Below are positions 48,825 to 62,076 of a stretch of 64,000 nt of DNA, piece after piece (the stretch's first letter is position 1; every line of letters starts with the position of its first letter). This DNA comes from Lytechinus pictus (taxonomy: Eukaryota), in the NCBI RefSeq assembly GCF_037042905.1, contig NC_087245.1, positions 4,590,001-4,654,000 on the forward strand. Reading direction: 5' to 3'. The notes beneath the pieces are model-generated. The model had not been told where the DNA came from, made no database searches, and saw only the letters and a list, made by a program, of their open reading frames with translations. The translations under genes were made by a program, and so were the position numbers.

Positions 48825-51002
48825 GAGATTAGGTTCAGTCCATCATTGTAAGTATTATTTTACCCTGCTATACTGTCTGATGAATGAGACTTATGGAAGG
48901 ACGTCACAAATACTAAGAATGACTTAAAGTTAGGAGGGCAAAGAGTAGAATAAACCCCTTGCTTTATGTAACAATATAAACAGGAAAAATGCTACAAAAT
49001 TTTCATGACTTCTCTTTGAAATTTAAAAAAACTGACATGTCCTATTAAAAAGTTTATTACACCCAAGTTGTTAGTTTTTAAGTAATACCACATTAGATAT
49101 TATCACCCAGTACACCTAAATCGAAACATTCAAAGACTACAAAAACTCAGATGCCAACATCATGGTATGTTTTCTTATCCTCTGATCTCATTGGCTGAAT
49201 GAAAGGGTTGTGAGGTCCCACTATTTAACAAGAAGTCCTCCATAAAAATCCCAGGTCAGGCCTGTAACAGTCATTGATCCAACTCAGTAATCAAGAATGT
49301 GATTTTTGTTTGCTCTATGGACCCTGCCCACTCGTTTGATTTAATTAATAGTGATTCATGCATCTTGTTTTCTTGAAGAGCTATTCCTTCCTCTTTTAGT
49401 TTCCTTAATATTCCGCTTCATAACTTCATTCCCTTTAAATCTTTAAGTTCAATTTCTCCCCCATGCCATCAGCTTTGTAAGGAGAGAATGGGAATATGCC
49501 CCTTATCAGATGAGGGATATATTTTAAGAGAAAGTGATAAAAAAGAAGTAAGAGCTGAAAGAAAAGTTGAAGAAAAAACTTTCCTATCTATTAGTATTGA
49601 TCACACACTCCTTTGTTTTCTTCTTTCTCCCCTCTGTTTCCTTCTCTTTTTATTCCTCTTGTTTCCCTTCTCTCTTGCTTTTGTGTTCACCCTCTCTCTC
49701 TTGCTCTCTCTCTCTCTCTCTTGTGATCTCATTTTTATGTGATATCTGTGCTACTAAAGCAAAATTAATAGTAACAAACTTTTGATTAGACAATAGCTTA
49801 GATGTTGCTTCCTTAAGGAAATTCATATTTGAGTAAAATCCTATTGATATTTAATTTCAATTTTGTTGATATTCTTTTCTCTTTTCAGCTCATGTTTAAT
49901 CAGGAAGAGCAGCTGTATCTTATGTATTGATATGTTGTGCAAGAGATGATCTTATCTTCAATCCTGTTCTTCCATGCTGAATGGTTGTTTCTCTGGTTAG
50001 GCTTGGGACAATCACTCCATTGGACGTAGAGAGGACTGGTCAATTCTGCTCTTCCATGCTGCTTGGTTATTACTCTGGTTGGGCTTGGAGCAATCACTCC
50101 ATTGGACGTAGAGAGGTCTGGTATTGGTTGTGTTTTGTTGGGTTTAGGGAGTATGTTGAAGGAGAGGTTTGAAATGTCACAAAATTCATTGAAACCTTGT
50201 TCACAGTCAGTATATATAATGAACAACCAAGAAAGCATGTGATGGATGGTTTTTAGCATTGACCAAGTTGTGTTTATTAATCTATCTAGGACTTGAGTAT
50301 TTTGTCCCCATTTTCTTCATCCTTCAATCCATGACAATAATGGGTAATTCATACACTGAAAGAAGATATTTCTTGGGTGATTATACCTCCCTTCAACGTC
50401 CTGTGTGTAATTTATCAAATGCCTGTTTTAAGACAATGTCTTTGTATAAAATGAATATTTTGAAAGTTGAGGTTATTAATTAAGTTTGGTATAGCAATTA
50501 TGTGTTCTTGCAGACAAAATACACTGCATGTAGCTTTGTACAACTCGCTGCTGAGATCTTCGGAGGGAAAATATGTTCAATAACTCTTGTATCTTGCAAC
50601 ATGAAACTCTTATTATTTGTTTTAATGTCATATCTTGAGGTAGTGCACTTATCAAAATGTGTAAAGAGCAATAACCAGCTGTTCCTTCCAAACTTATGTT
50701 AGAGTACTTATTTTTATGCTCAAAATCAATTCCTTTATCAACTTGTTTGAAAACATCTTTTTCTGTAGAAAATGGTAAGTTGATCTATCTCCTTGCATAT
50801 GTTTTTGAAGGTCAACCATATCATTTTTTTTGTCCATCCTTCCATCCATTCATTTATCCTAAAATTGTGGTTTCTGTATAAAAACTAAGGATGCAATGAT
50901 GGTATGAAATCATAATTTTGGTGTATAGGTGCATCACACTAAAATACAGGTAAAATTTTGTCAGTCTTCATAGTCCACAGGACAAAGGTCACTGCTCATT
51001 GG

Positions 51003-51566
51003 GTTTTTATATGCCTGTCCTAGATGGGACGTATTATGGTATCACGCTCGGTGTCCGTCCGTACGTTAACTTTTCCTTGTAAACGGGATAACTTCAGTTT
51101 GACTTAACCTAGGCTAATATAATTTGGTGTGTATGATAGCATGTATCCTAGGAAGCCTGTTGATTTTGGGGTCAAAAGTTCGAAGGTCAAGGTCACAGTG
51201 ACATATTTTCATCTTACCCTTCTGCAGTCCTTGTAAACGCGATAACTTCAGTTTAACTAAACCAAGGCTCATATAATTTGGTGTGTATGATACTAGCATG
51301 GATCCCAGGAAGCCTTTCGATTTTGATGTCCAAAGGTCAACATCACAGTGACATGTTTTCATCTTATCCTTCTTAAGTCCTTGTTAACGTGATAACTTTA
51401 GTTTAAATTAACCTAGGCTCATATAATTTGGTGTGTATACTAGCATTGATCCTAGGAATTCTATTGATTTTGAGGTCAGAAGGTCGAAGGTGAAGTCGAC
51501 ACCTTCCACTCTTGTTTCTTGACCAATAACTACATTTTCCGCATTACAGACGGGCATATTCTTGTT
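51003..51566 (+). mobile_element. Second Helentron-associated (HINE-like) element
   Basis: T-rich ends; subterminal IR ATATGCCTGTC / GACGGGCATAT; GTCC microsatellite; about 150-bp core repeats. Confidence 0.75.
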
Positions 51567-51574
51567 TTTAAGAG

Positions 51575-51886
51575 AAACACAGGGGTGATCTGTGTCCTAT
51601 AGTCTCTCCCACGTTTCATTGATGCAGGCTATGTTACAATGAAAAACACTCCATCCCTCAGATAGAATGTTAAATGGAGGCCCTGTGTAGAGGAGAGTCA
51701 CCAACTTTGCACGTTAAGAACCCACTGCACTATTGGTATAAGAGTAGGGGGAAACCCCGGTGTAGTGGTCCACCTGCACTCCCCCCAATCAGTTATATTG
51801 CGAGGAGAGACCTGCGGGTCATAGTGATTCAGTTTGCTTTTCGCCTCCCAAGCACAGGCGACGCCAAACAAATACTAATAATAATA
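51575..51886 (+). mobile_element. 5'-truncated Deu-like SINE
   Basis: Similar to 18820-18923 plus 20792-20965; ends in (AAT)n. Confidence 0.75.
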
Positions 51887-52380
51887 TAGAACTCAAAACA
51901 TATCTAGTTTGTAAAAAGAAGAAACTAAAAATGGGTTACTTAGTCAATCCTTATACTTCAGTCTCTTTTTTCAGTCAAACTGTACCTCAACTTTGATGTG
52001 GTTTAACAACATTTGTCTGTTTCAGTACTATGTGTTATCAGACGGTTTTAAGTGTTGAAATCTAACACAGACTCAAAAATTATACCAAATCTATTGGATA
52101 AAAATGAGGGGGTGGATTGTGGGTATTAATATATACTTTCTTAATGTTAAATGTGAAGTTTCTCTTGTAGTTGGATGGGCATTAGAAAAAAAAAATTATA
52201 CAAGATGATTAATTAATGATCTCAGGGTTGTAAAGATGTTCTTACCCATATTTGAAATTTAGCTCATTGATGTAAATTAATCTTCTTGTGGTCAATATGA
52301 GAAAGTCAATGTAATCAAAGCATTCTAGCTGAGTACCACTTCTTATCTTCTGAAACCTCATTTCTTGTGTGCAATTACTG

Positions 52381-52866
52381 CAGAGCTGCCAAGTAGTACG
52401 ATTTTTCCGTATTGAGTACGTTTTTGCAACCAAAATACGGCAGTACGTTTTTTCTTTAAAAAATACGTTTTTTGTATTTAAAAAAAAAAAAAAATCGAAA
52501 TTTATTGAGAAAAATCATCTCTATATGTCTTTATTTCATAAAACGTACACAAATATGGTTATTAGATCAATGTAATTTCAGGTAACTTGTTTCTTTTTCA
52601 ATCATTCTGTAAAAACCAGGGTGAGATATACACAAGTTTCAATGTTGTTTTTTTTTCCATCTGCAAGAGCAGTGCACATTTTAGCTTGCATGCAGCTTGA
52701 GCGCCGTGATGAGCGAGTGCGCCAAGCATTTTATTATGAAATACACTTTTGGGGGGAAAAATACAAAATATTTATCTCACACGGTAAAAATACTGATTTT
52801 TTGGTCACAATACTGATTTTGGGGGATAAGAATACTGAAAATGCAAAATACAACTTGGCAGCTCTG
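52381..52866. mobile_element. hAT-like MITE
   Basis: TIR CAGAGCTGCCAAGT / ACTTGGCAGCTCTG; degenerate TSD. Confidence 0.75.
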
Positions 52867-54643
52867 AATTAGTTTCAGTAGATGTAGTGCAGTGTAAAAT
52901 ATACTCACAGAAATATTCATGGAAGATGGAGATTCTTCTATCATGGATTGGACTTATACCCCCTGGAGGGTTTTTTAAATGTCATTATTCAGTCAAAATA
53001 TATGCATCTTGATGATGTATTCAATATCTCAATATTCATGACACTTTTTTTTTTTGGGGGGGGGGTTATTATACAGAACTGAGTACAGGTAACTCTGCCT
53101 AAGTCAACCTTCCATAAGTCAAATAATCACCTAAGTCGAAGCAATTTATTGAGACCAGATTATTCAAAACGTGTTATATACCTCTTCTAAGTTAAATTTT
53201 GCCCAAGTCAAACAGATATCTCTGGTCCTAAGAGATTGGACTTGGGTATCGTAGTTTGATAAATGAAGCTTGTACAAAGTAGGTATCAAAACCCTATTAT
53301 TAATGTAAATCTACTGCATAGCTTGCAGTGAGTATACATCACAAATGATCTTGGGTTTTTTTAAATTCTATTGTAAATCATGATACAAATTTAATGTTTT
53401 TTTTATTACTTTTGTAATGGTAATTATGAAATATAAATGTGAATGCAATGATATACCTCTATAAATATTTACAGAAATATCAAATGGCAATTTGTTGAAT
53501 TTACTTTCTCTTTACAATGATCAAAAATTCTATTGCAGCTTTTGTAAAAAAAAATGCTTGTTTTCCCAAAATAAAGCATGAAGGAAGTATATTGCATAAA
53601 TACTAAAGATAGTATACTATTTGTAACGCTAGCATCTTTCTCTTTAATGTTCAGACTTTTTACATTTCATGCTGTGCTTTGTCTATTTTTGGGGTATATT
53701 TTTTGTATTTACCTCAATTGTAAGATACTTGAAAATATTGAAATTTTTTAAATTTCATACTAATTAATTCTTTATCATATCTTGCTAAAGTGAGTGTTCA
53801 TGCAGTAACTGCTTTACAGAATGAATGAAATGGCATTTTGCATTAATTGAGAAATCATTATTAAATAATGAATATAACTGTTGCTCAAATCTTATTTACC
53901 ATGTGCTGAAAATATATTGCATCCAGAATTTTATGAGAATTGTAAGTTGTGAGAGTTTGATTCCCTTTTCTTCTTTTAATTTTAAACTGGGAAGAAATTA
54001 TAAGTATTCACATTTATATCAAAGGCACATTTTGTGGAAGTGCTGAAATAGTCTTGGGAGATGAGTGTTGAAGAGATGCAAGGAAGAGAGTGAAGAAGGA
54101 GAGAAGAGGGGAGAATGGATGAGAGAAAGAGAGGGAGAGAAAGGAGGAGAGGGGGTAGAGAGAAGAGGGAGGGAGAGAAAAATGGGCAGAGTTTATTTGC
54201 TTGAAGCTACAATTGCTGTTGTCTAGATGTCCACAAAAATGAAAGGATCATTACAAAGTAGGATTTTAATTCAGAAACCTGATCATGTTTATATAGAAAC
54301 CTCTCAAATTTACCAAGAACATGATTTGTTTCTTTGTGTGAATACAGAAAATCTAAATTCAAATTTTATGCGGCTGATTTGAGAGGTTCCTATGATAACA
54401 TGTTCTTTTGAAGAATTCCTTTCACATTCTCTCCAAGCAATCAGGATCTGCTGAATAAGCGTGAGGATGAATTCTCTGTATGATAAAACATGAAGAATGC
54501 GAGAACAAGCTTTAGTAGTCGTAGGTTTGGGGTTAGGTTTTTTTTTTGGGGGGGGGGGATTTTAACATAGTAATTTTTCATTGGAGTTCATGTAATTATC
54601 ACCAGGGTAGGTAATGCTATTGAATTAAAAAGAATGAAAGGAT

Positions 54644-55206
54644 CTGGGGGGGGGGGGTACTCGACCAAAAAAGTGGTAGGTATGTGCCGCGGGCGAGACA
54701 AAAAGTGGGGGCTCTGGAGCGGGCTTATTGTAAAATGGAGGATCCTCGGAATGGGCTTGGGAACTACATATGTTTGTGAAAATGGGGGTCATTGGAACGG
54801 GTCGTCTGTGCGTGAGTGCGTATACATCCCTATGGAACGGGCATTATGTGCATGCAGCTCATAGACAAATAAATACAGCTAGCCCGGCGGCACGGGCGCG
54901 CTCGCGCAGAGGCGATGGTCGAACAGTGCTCTGCGGCCGCTTTTCACCAAAATTGCAGCTCATTGTAGCGGATCAATGCGGCCGGAATGGGTGTAACGAA
55001 AAATATGCAAAGCTTTGGAGCAGATTTTTTTCTCGATGAGAAGAAAATGCTATGCTCTGGAGCGGCTTTCTTTGTTCTTTTTCTCAATAAGACAAAAATG
55101 CTATGACTTGGAACGGAAATTTTAGTGTAAAAATGGGGGTCCCCTCCGCGGCACATACCCACTACGCATTATATACTGAGTGCCCCCCCCCCCCCCCCCC
55201 CTCCGG
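54644..55206. mobile_element. GC-rich non-autonomous DNA transposon, copy 1
   Basis: Reverse-complement homolog of 61543-62076; poly-G/poly-C termini. Confidence 0.8.
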
Positions 55207-58200
55207 AAGGATGTATTCTTTCTCTTACTTTCACAATTTTTTTTTCTCCATTATTTCTTAATCTCTTTAAATTTATCCAATTTGTCTTTTATATTTTTTC
55301 TCCTTTCTTTCTTTCTCTTTCTTTCCTCTGTTATTTTCTGCCCTCTTCTTGCGCCATCCTTGTTTACTTTTAAAGGGATTTTTAAAAATCATAAAAACTA
55401 TGGAAAATAACATGTTCAGGTAATTTCAAGGTGTGCATTGCTTAAGAGCAACATTTGCATAGCAGATTCGGATACTTTCCCACTGTTTATGCCTCCGCTC
55501 CATACACGGGTGGTTACTGGTATTGTGTCTTTGGGTCATCTGTCCTTTTTCTCACCCTCTCTTTCTTCTCCCTCCATTTCTCCCCTCTCACTTTCTCTCT
55601 TCTTTGCTAGTTTTGCACCACTGTCTGTCACTACACCCCTCTCTCTCTTCTCTTCTTCCCTCTATTTCTACCTTTCTCTCCCTCCACATCTTCTTACTTT
55701 TCCAATGTTTTTTCTCATAATTTTTATTTCACTTTTTTTTAATTTCAGTTAACAATTATTCTACAAACACACACAAATATACTGATTAGCAGAACTTGCA
55801 GTGGTTTATTCTGTATTAATCTTGATATAATATAATACAATATTTCTTGTTGAGAACCAAAAAATCTAATTTGCATTCAGACTAGCAAATAATATAAATC
55901 CTATGATTATAAAGTAGTGTAAAAAGAATTTCACTGAAGATAATCACAAAACTACAGTGAGTTCTAAAGTTAGAGTGTTAAAGTGAAATGAAATAAATAA
56001 TGGCAAATTTGCATTCCTATTTACAGATAAGACATACAACATGTATATCTGAGACACTTTATTCATATTCTTATGACAACTTGATAGAAAACTAGCTATG
56101 AGATTCCTTTAAAGAAATCCCAATGAAACTCATTGGATAGGTTATTCCATTAAAGTTTGAGCATATATAGCTTTCTTTTCAAACAATTGATTTATCAATG
56201 TACATGTGCAGAATGTGCATCTATTTTCCATTAAGAATGATGCACATTTCATAATATGATTATGTAGTTAATTAATCAGGGATTTGCGGTGAATGGTATG
56301 CTTCACTTCTGTCAAATGAAAGGGACTAATAAATTAGGATTAGTAAGATAGATAAAACCAAGTTAATTTAAGACCTTTGATAACATTTTGAGTGATTAGT
56401 ATCTCTGTATATGTCCTACACTGCTACTAAGCTAACTGATTGAATCACTGGCAATTCTTTATATTTCATATCAATCATGAAATAAAAACATACATAGTTC
56501 ATTTCATTAGCATACATGTATATGCTGCCCTCTCTAGCCAAACTCCTTGAAATGACGTCTACACACATTGTAGTCTTAAACACACAAGTCAGGAATGCTA
56601 CATATATCTACTGGAATGATTTTCTTACACAGCATGTTTATATCTTTTATAGATGATAAATGAATTAATCAGAAATCAAATTCAAATACATAAAAATCAT
56701 GGCAACATCATGGTTATAATGCATTTACACTGTAATTATTAAAAGACTACCCAAGTGCTTGAAAAACTGTTTTACATCTGCCAGTGTATGACAATGATAA
56801 ATGCATAGATTTATGTTTTATAACTACAGAGAGGGTTAGAGAAACAAGGAAAATCAAATAAATCTGATCAAAGTGCATCATCAATGATACAACTAAAACA
56901 AAACCCAACTAATTCCTGCAATATCATTCTTGATATTTTTTCAAAATAAAAACAAACTTTGGCAAAAGAATCCTGGTGGATGCTCTTAACATCATCTTAC
57001 GCCACACATTTTAATGCATAGGTCACTCATGATGAGCTAAAAGCACCAAAATAAAACAAAAATCACACTCTACTCCATGTTTAACCTTCCAAAACACAAT
57101 ATATCACTAACATCAGCTGAAATATATGTACATCTCTACATCTATTTACACTCAGAAATAACACAGCCCAGCTGTGCCTTGCTTCTTACCAAAAACAAAA
57201 AGTATTGCATCAAATGCATAATAACCACTAAAACAAATTCATTTCTTGCTAATAAATAACATGCACTTTACATCTGAAAAATAATCACATGAAATAAACA
57301 ACCACATTTATTGATATACACAGGTTACTTTTATACTAAGCAACAATAATGTCAAATTCTAACTGTACAGTTGCAATATGCAGAAAAGGTGATATGTGAG
57401 TTATACAATACAAAAAGTGATTCAAGTCAAGTACTATTTTGGTAAATTGGAAAATGGTCTCTTTAGATTTGGCATGAGGACAGTTAATACAATAAAGCTT
57501 GTTTTATAAGTAGGACCTTAAACCACATTCATTAAAAAGGTCAACAACATTGCTTCTTGTATAGCAGACAATTTGAGATAGTAACTGTTGATAACTATTC
57601 AATGGTAAGAGTTAAAAGAAATTACACTTACTTCTGGGATCTTTGATAAAAAAAGAATTAGAAGGAGTTCTTTTTTAGGATGATCAAACAGGTAATAGAT
57701 GAAAAAAGTGGACTGAAAGAAATACAGTTGACTCTGCCACAGTAAAATGTCATTAAGTCAAATAATTGGCTGCATGGAAGTGATTTTTCAGAAAAGATCA
57801 TATAAAGCATCTCTAAATTCACCGAAATTGAACAGATTTTTAAGGTCACAAGAGATTGAAGTTTGGCAGTTTCTCTTGTATATAACAGTAATGTTAGCTT
57901 TCAAAAGGGCAATGCCAAACAATGTTGTTTATTATCGTTTTCTTCCATTTTTTCTTATTACAAATACTTTTGAAGTGTTTTCAAAGTACTTTTATCTGCT
58001 TTTCATGATAATTGTTATTATTTTATTCTATATCAAAAGGCATATCAAATTGACTTTTGGTAAAATTGGTACTACAGTCAACAGTACTGAGTGCTTGAGT
58101 ATCAAAAACTCTATGACAATAATCGATAGTAATCATTAAATAATTCATTTCATTCTTGCTGTCTGTATTTAAATTACATTCATTTTTAAATAAAATTCTA

Positions 58201-59110
58201 ATTTCATTAAGTTACAATTTGAATCAAGAATCTTAATCTTATAACATTTATTACAATTGCAATCTTAATTACAATTTAAATTCAGACAGAGATGATATTG
58301 GTAATAGGTATTTATGAAAAAAAAGCTATTCAATTTAAAACTCTACATAAATTTCCTTGTCAAAAGTGATACTTAAAAACAGAATTATTTTAAATTACTT
58401 TAACTTTAATTTGCAAAAGGTACGGTCATATATTTTTCTACAAACATAGATTAAATAATAAGGAAGAATGCTAGCACCTGTAGTAATAACAATATTAGAT
58501 TTCAGTAAGTAATCTTGACTATTTCTTGGCTAGAAAAAAATTCAAAACATCTGACTTCAAGTGGCTATATTTATAAATATTCATACAAAAAACAACGTAC
58601 AATTTACAAGATCTATGCACTTTTATCGCCGAGTTAGTGTATCAGTATCGCCCTTGAATACAATGAAATATTGACAAACTTTAGTAAAAGTGAATTCTAA
58701 TGTCTTAGAAGTATTTTGTCAATGATGATTGACTTACAAACGGTAATATATTTTTCAGGTTGCATTGGATTAACCAGATAATTCGTTCTGTATTTATATA
58801 ATCAATAAATCACAGATTCTCATATGATGACAGTCTAACAAAATCAATCACAGTCTATAATACAATTAATTTCATATATGTGAAGTAGTCAATGCTTCAA
58901 TAATGATCTCAAATTTAATCTCTGCTGTACCAGACAGTCATAAAGGGTGTACACAAACGTTTGCCAGCATGGATGCTAAAATGCTGGAAAGGCTCTCGTA
59001 TCAAGATGGGAATACTTCGAGTACTCATCTTTTACATTCATCAATGGTGGCCCTCAGAAGTGCTGCATTCAGTCTCTGTTTGATTTCTTGACACAGTTAT
59101 ATTTTGTTCA

Positions 59111-59504
59111 TTAATTTGCAACCTCTACAAGTGTAGCACCACCATTGTTCATCGAGTTGTTTGTCATCGGCCCTGTGCCGGCAGCAGCGGCAGCGGCAGC
59201 AGCCGCTGCAGCTGCAGCCTGGATAGCACCAACACACTCGTTATGGGTAAAGCTATGTCGCCTCAGGTCACAGTTCCGTCTGAAGACCTTTCCACAGTTA
59301 GGACAGTTGAAGGGTTTGATGTCTGTGTGGGTTAGAAGATGCGTCTTTAGGTTACTACGTTGGTTGAAGGTCCGTCCACAGGTGGCGCACTTGTGAGGCG
59401 ATTGCTGCATGTGAAGGGTTTTATGAACAGCTAGAGTTCTTGCCTGACAGAATCCTTTACCACACTCTCCACATTTGAATGGTTTCTCCTTAGAATGGAT
59501 GTAC
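59111..59504 (-). CDS. Osr: Odd-skipped-related C2H2 transcription factor, last coding exon (fingers 3-5 and poly-Ala tail); upstream exons outside the window
   Basis: [72 protein letters not shown] is the Odd/Sob/Bowl/OSR2 signature. Acceptor ttctcactgtattag at 59505; stop at 59111. Confidence 0.93.
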
Positions 59505-61542
59505 CTAATACAGTGAGAAAAATCAGATTTGAAAATGTCATAAGAAAATAGTACGATTGAACCACAAGTCATACAAGGAACGTGATGTAGACCTGTATTG
59601 AAGTATGATCCAATGAAGTTAAAAATATACATTATTACTATACCAAGCCATATTTGTATTCCATTAAATGGATAACCCCACCCCCCTGAAAAAGGGGACA
59701 CCCAATTGGAAAATGGAAAAGAAAAATGAACTATATCAGTCTGATTTTGTTTTCATACAAAATGATTACTGGTATTTTAAATGCATCCTTCCCTTTTTAT
59801 AGAAGGAACTCAATTGAATGAAATTATACATGAGTAAAAATTGAAATCGAGAATTTCCTTGCTATATTATTGGTATGAACCCGGTAGTCCAGCTTCCAAA
59901 GAACATTATTTCAGAAGCATGTTCCTAATCTATTACAGTTCACATGAACTTTTCCTTCTCAAAACATATTTGTTTCCTTCTTTATCAGCTCTTTAGGTTG
60001 GAAGTTGGCTTCAGTTTCACACCACAATAGGTATAAATGTGACTTTCTTGAAGATTAGTTATCAAAGAGGTTAAAAAGGAAACTCCTCTAAGGGCAAGAT
60101 GTTCTTTGTTTGAAACAAAAATATTAATGTGGTGGCAAGACCACTGTACTATGGTGTTTACAAAATAGAGTGAAATCAAGATCATTGAGAGCATGACATG
60201 AATAAAAAAGCAGAAGCCTGGTTTGAAGGAGGACTTCAAAGGTTAGAAGCAAAAAGGCAATACTAGTGGAGAAAGATTTGATCATTCAAAGATTACGTAT
60301 TGTACATGAGTAAAAGATCATATTTTCAAAGGTTAAATGGAGGAGGTACACAAGGTTTTAACTAAACTAATGGAAGATACAAAGAAAATTTCGGAAAGGC
60401 AAGAATTACTTAAGACTTAAGAGCACAAAAGAAACATTGATTAAGTCCTGAAGAATGAGTGAAACACAATTAATGAAGGTTTCAAGTGAATGTTCTTTCT
60501 CTAAAAAATAAATTTCACCCTTGACTTGTTTTACAAGAAAAAGAAAAGCCGACTTTGAATACTTAAAGGAGCAATCTTTCAACTACATTGATTTTGGTTT
60601 CTTTGGGACCTCAACCGTTTTATCCATCTTCTTTTTCTCCTCCAAACCATGGATTAGGGGAGTGAAGGTTACCCACTTTTCACAGGTGTGAGAGTTTTCA
60701 GCCATCTCATGCCGCTAACGAGGGAACCAGGCCAACCCAACCATCTGCAAGATAGGCGGGGTCACACCAAAGATGGCTTGCCTGGTTGCCGCCATCCAAA
60801 CCGCTACTTGCTGCTCAGCAGCAGAAGTTTTGGGCATCTGCTCTATGATCCATTGAGATTAAGCGCTCCTTGTCCTCTTGATCAGGACATGACAGACAAG
60901 GTAACCTGCTAAACTCATTGTGGATAATCTTCAGCTTCCCTTCAGCCAGTTCTCTTGGCGGTCAACGCATTATCTCATCATCCCCACCAGCAATGAGATG
61001 ATCTACCAAATGTATCAATGTGAGGAGGTGGTTGAGGGAGGAGGAAGTCCAGGGTTATCTCAGAGTTTACCATGGTAACTTAGCTTATAATTGGATATTA
61101 CCGTCTTTAATTGTTGCCATCTTGTTCTGGGATATTACCCCTAAATTGGCCTGTATCCTTTGGTTGCACCACAAAGAAATCTCAGGTATGATTGATGGGC
61201 TTAGCATTTCAGAGCTCCTAGCTTGTCCCCTTTCCCAGGGAGATACACCTTGGGTCGTTTTTTGTTCAGTTTTCACCTCTTGGTTTACACTATTTTCTTA
61301 CAAAACCTCTGTTTTATTCAAGATGGATCAATAACTGAATTAAACATTAACAGAAAGATATATGGATGACGGCTGGTCAAAACAGATCAAGAACAATGCT
61401 TGTGGTTTTGAGTGCATTGAATGATATAAAGCTAGTATCTGACAGTATACTGCCATCTTTTGGCAAAGCAAACATCAACCTCAGAGGGTGCCAAACAGAT
61501 CTGTGGGCTTGATTATGAGATTTATTTTGGTACACATCTACC

Positions 61543-62076
61543 CCCGGGGGGGGGGCACTCAGTATATAATGCATAGTGGGTATGTGCCGCGGAGGGGACC
61601 CCCATTTTTACACTCAAATTTCCGTTCCAAGGCATAGCATTTTTGTCTTATTGAGAAAAAGAACAAAGAAAGCCGCTCCAAGGCATAGCATTTCCTTCTT
61701 ATCGAGAAAAAAGAAGAAAGAAATCCGCTCCAAAGCTTTGCATATTTTTCGTTACGCCGTTCCGGTCGCATTGATCTGCTACAATTTTGGTGAAAAGCGG
61801 CCGTAGAGCGCTTTTCGACCATCGCCTAAGCGCGAGTGCACCCGGCAGAGGCCGCGCTAGCTGCGTCATGCACGATTGCCCGTTCCATAGGGATGCATAC
61901 GCACTCACAGAGATACGGAGATCCGTTCCGAGGACCCCCGTTTTCACAAACATTTGTAGTTCCGAAGCCCGTTCCGAGGACCTTCCTTTTTACAATAAGC
62001 CCGCTCCAAGGCCCCCGTTTTTTGCCTCGCCCGCGGCACACCCCTACCACTTTTTTGGTCGAGTGCCCCCCCCGGG
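61543..62076. mobile_element. GC-rich non-autonomous DNA transposon, copy 2, 8-bp TSD
   Basis: CCCGGGGG..GCACTC / GAGTGC..CCCCCGGG TIRs; CATCTACC duplicated on both flanks. Confidence 0.85.

Noticed and set aside
59505..59701. N-terminal part of the 196-aa zinc-finger ORF
   Set aside because: It lies upstream of a clear splice acceptor at the conserved Osr intron position, so it is intronic.
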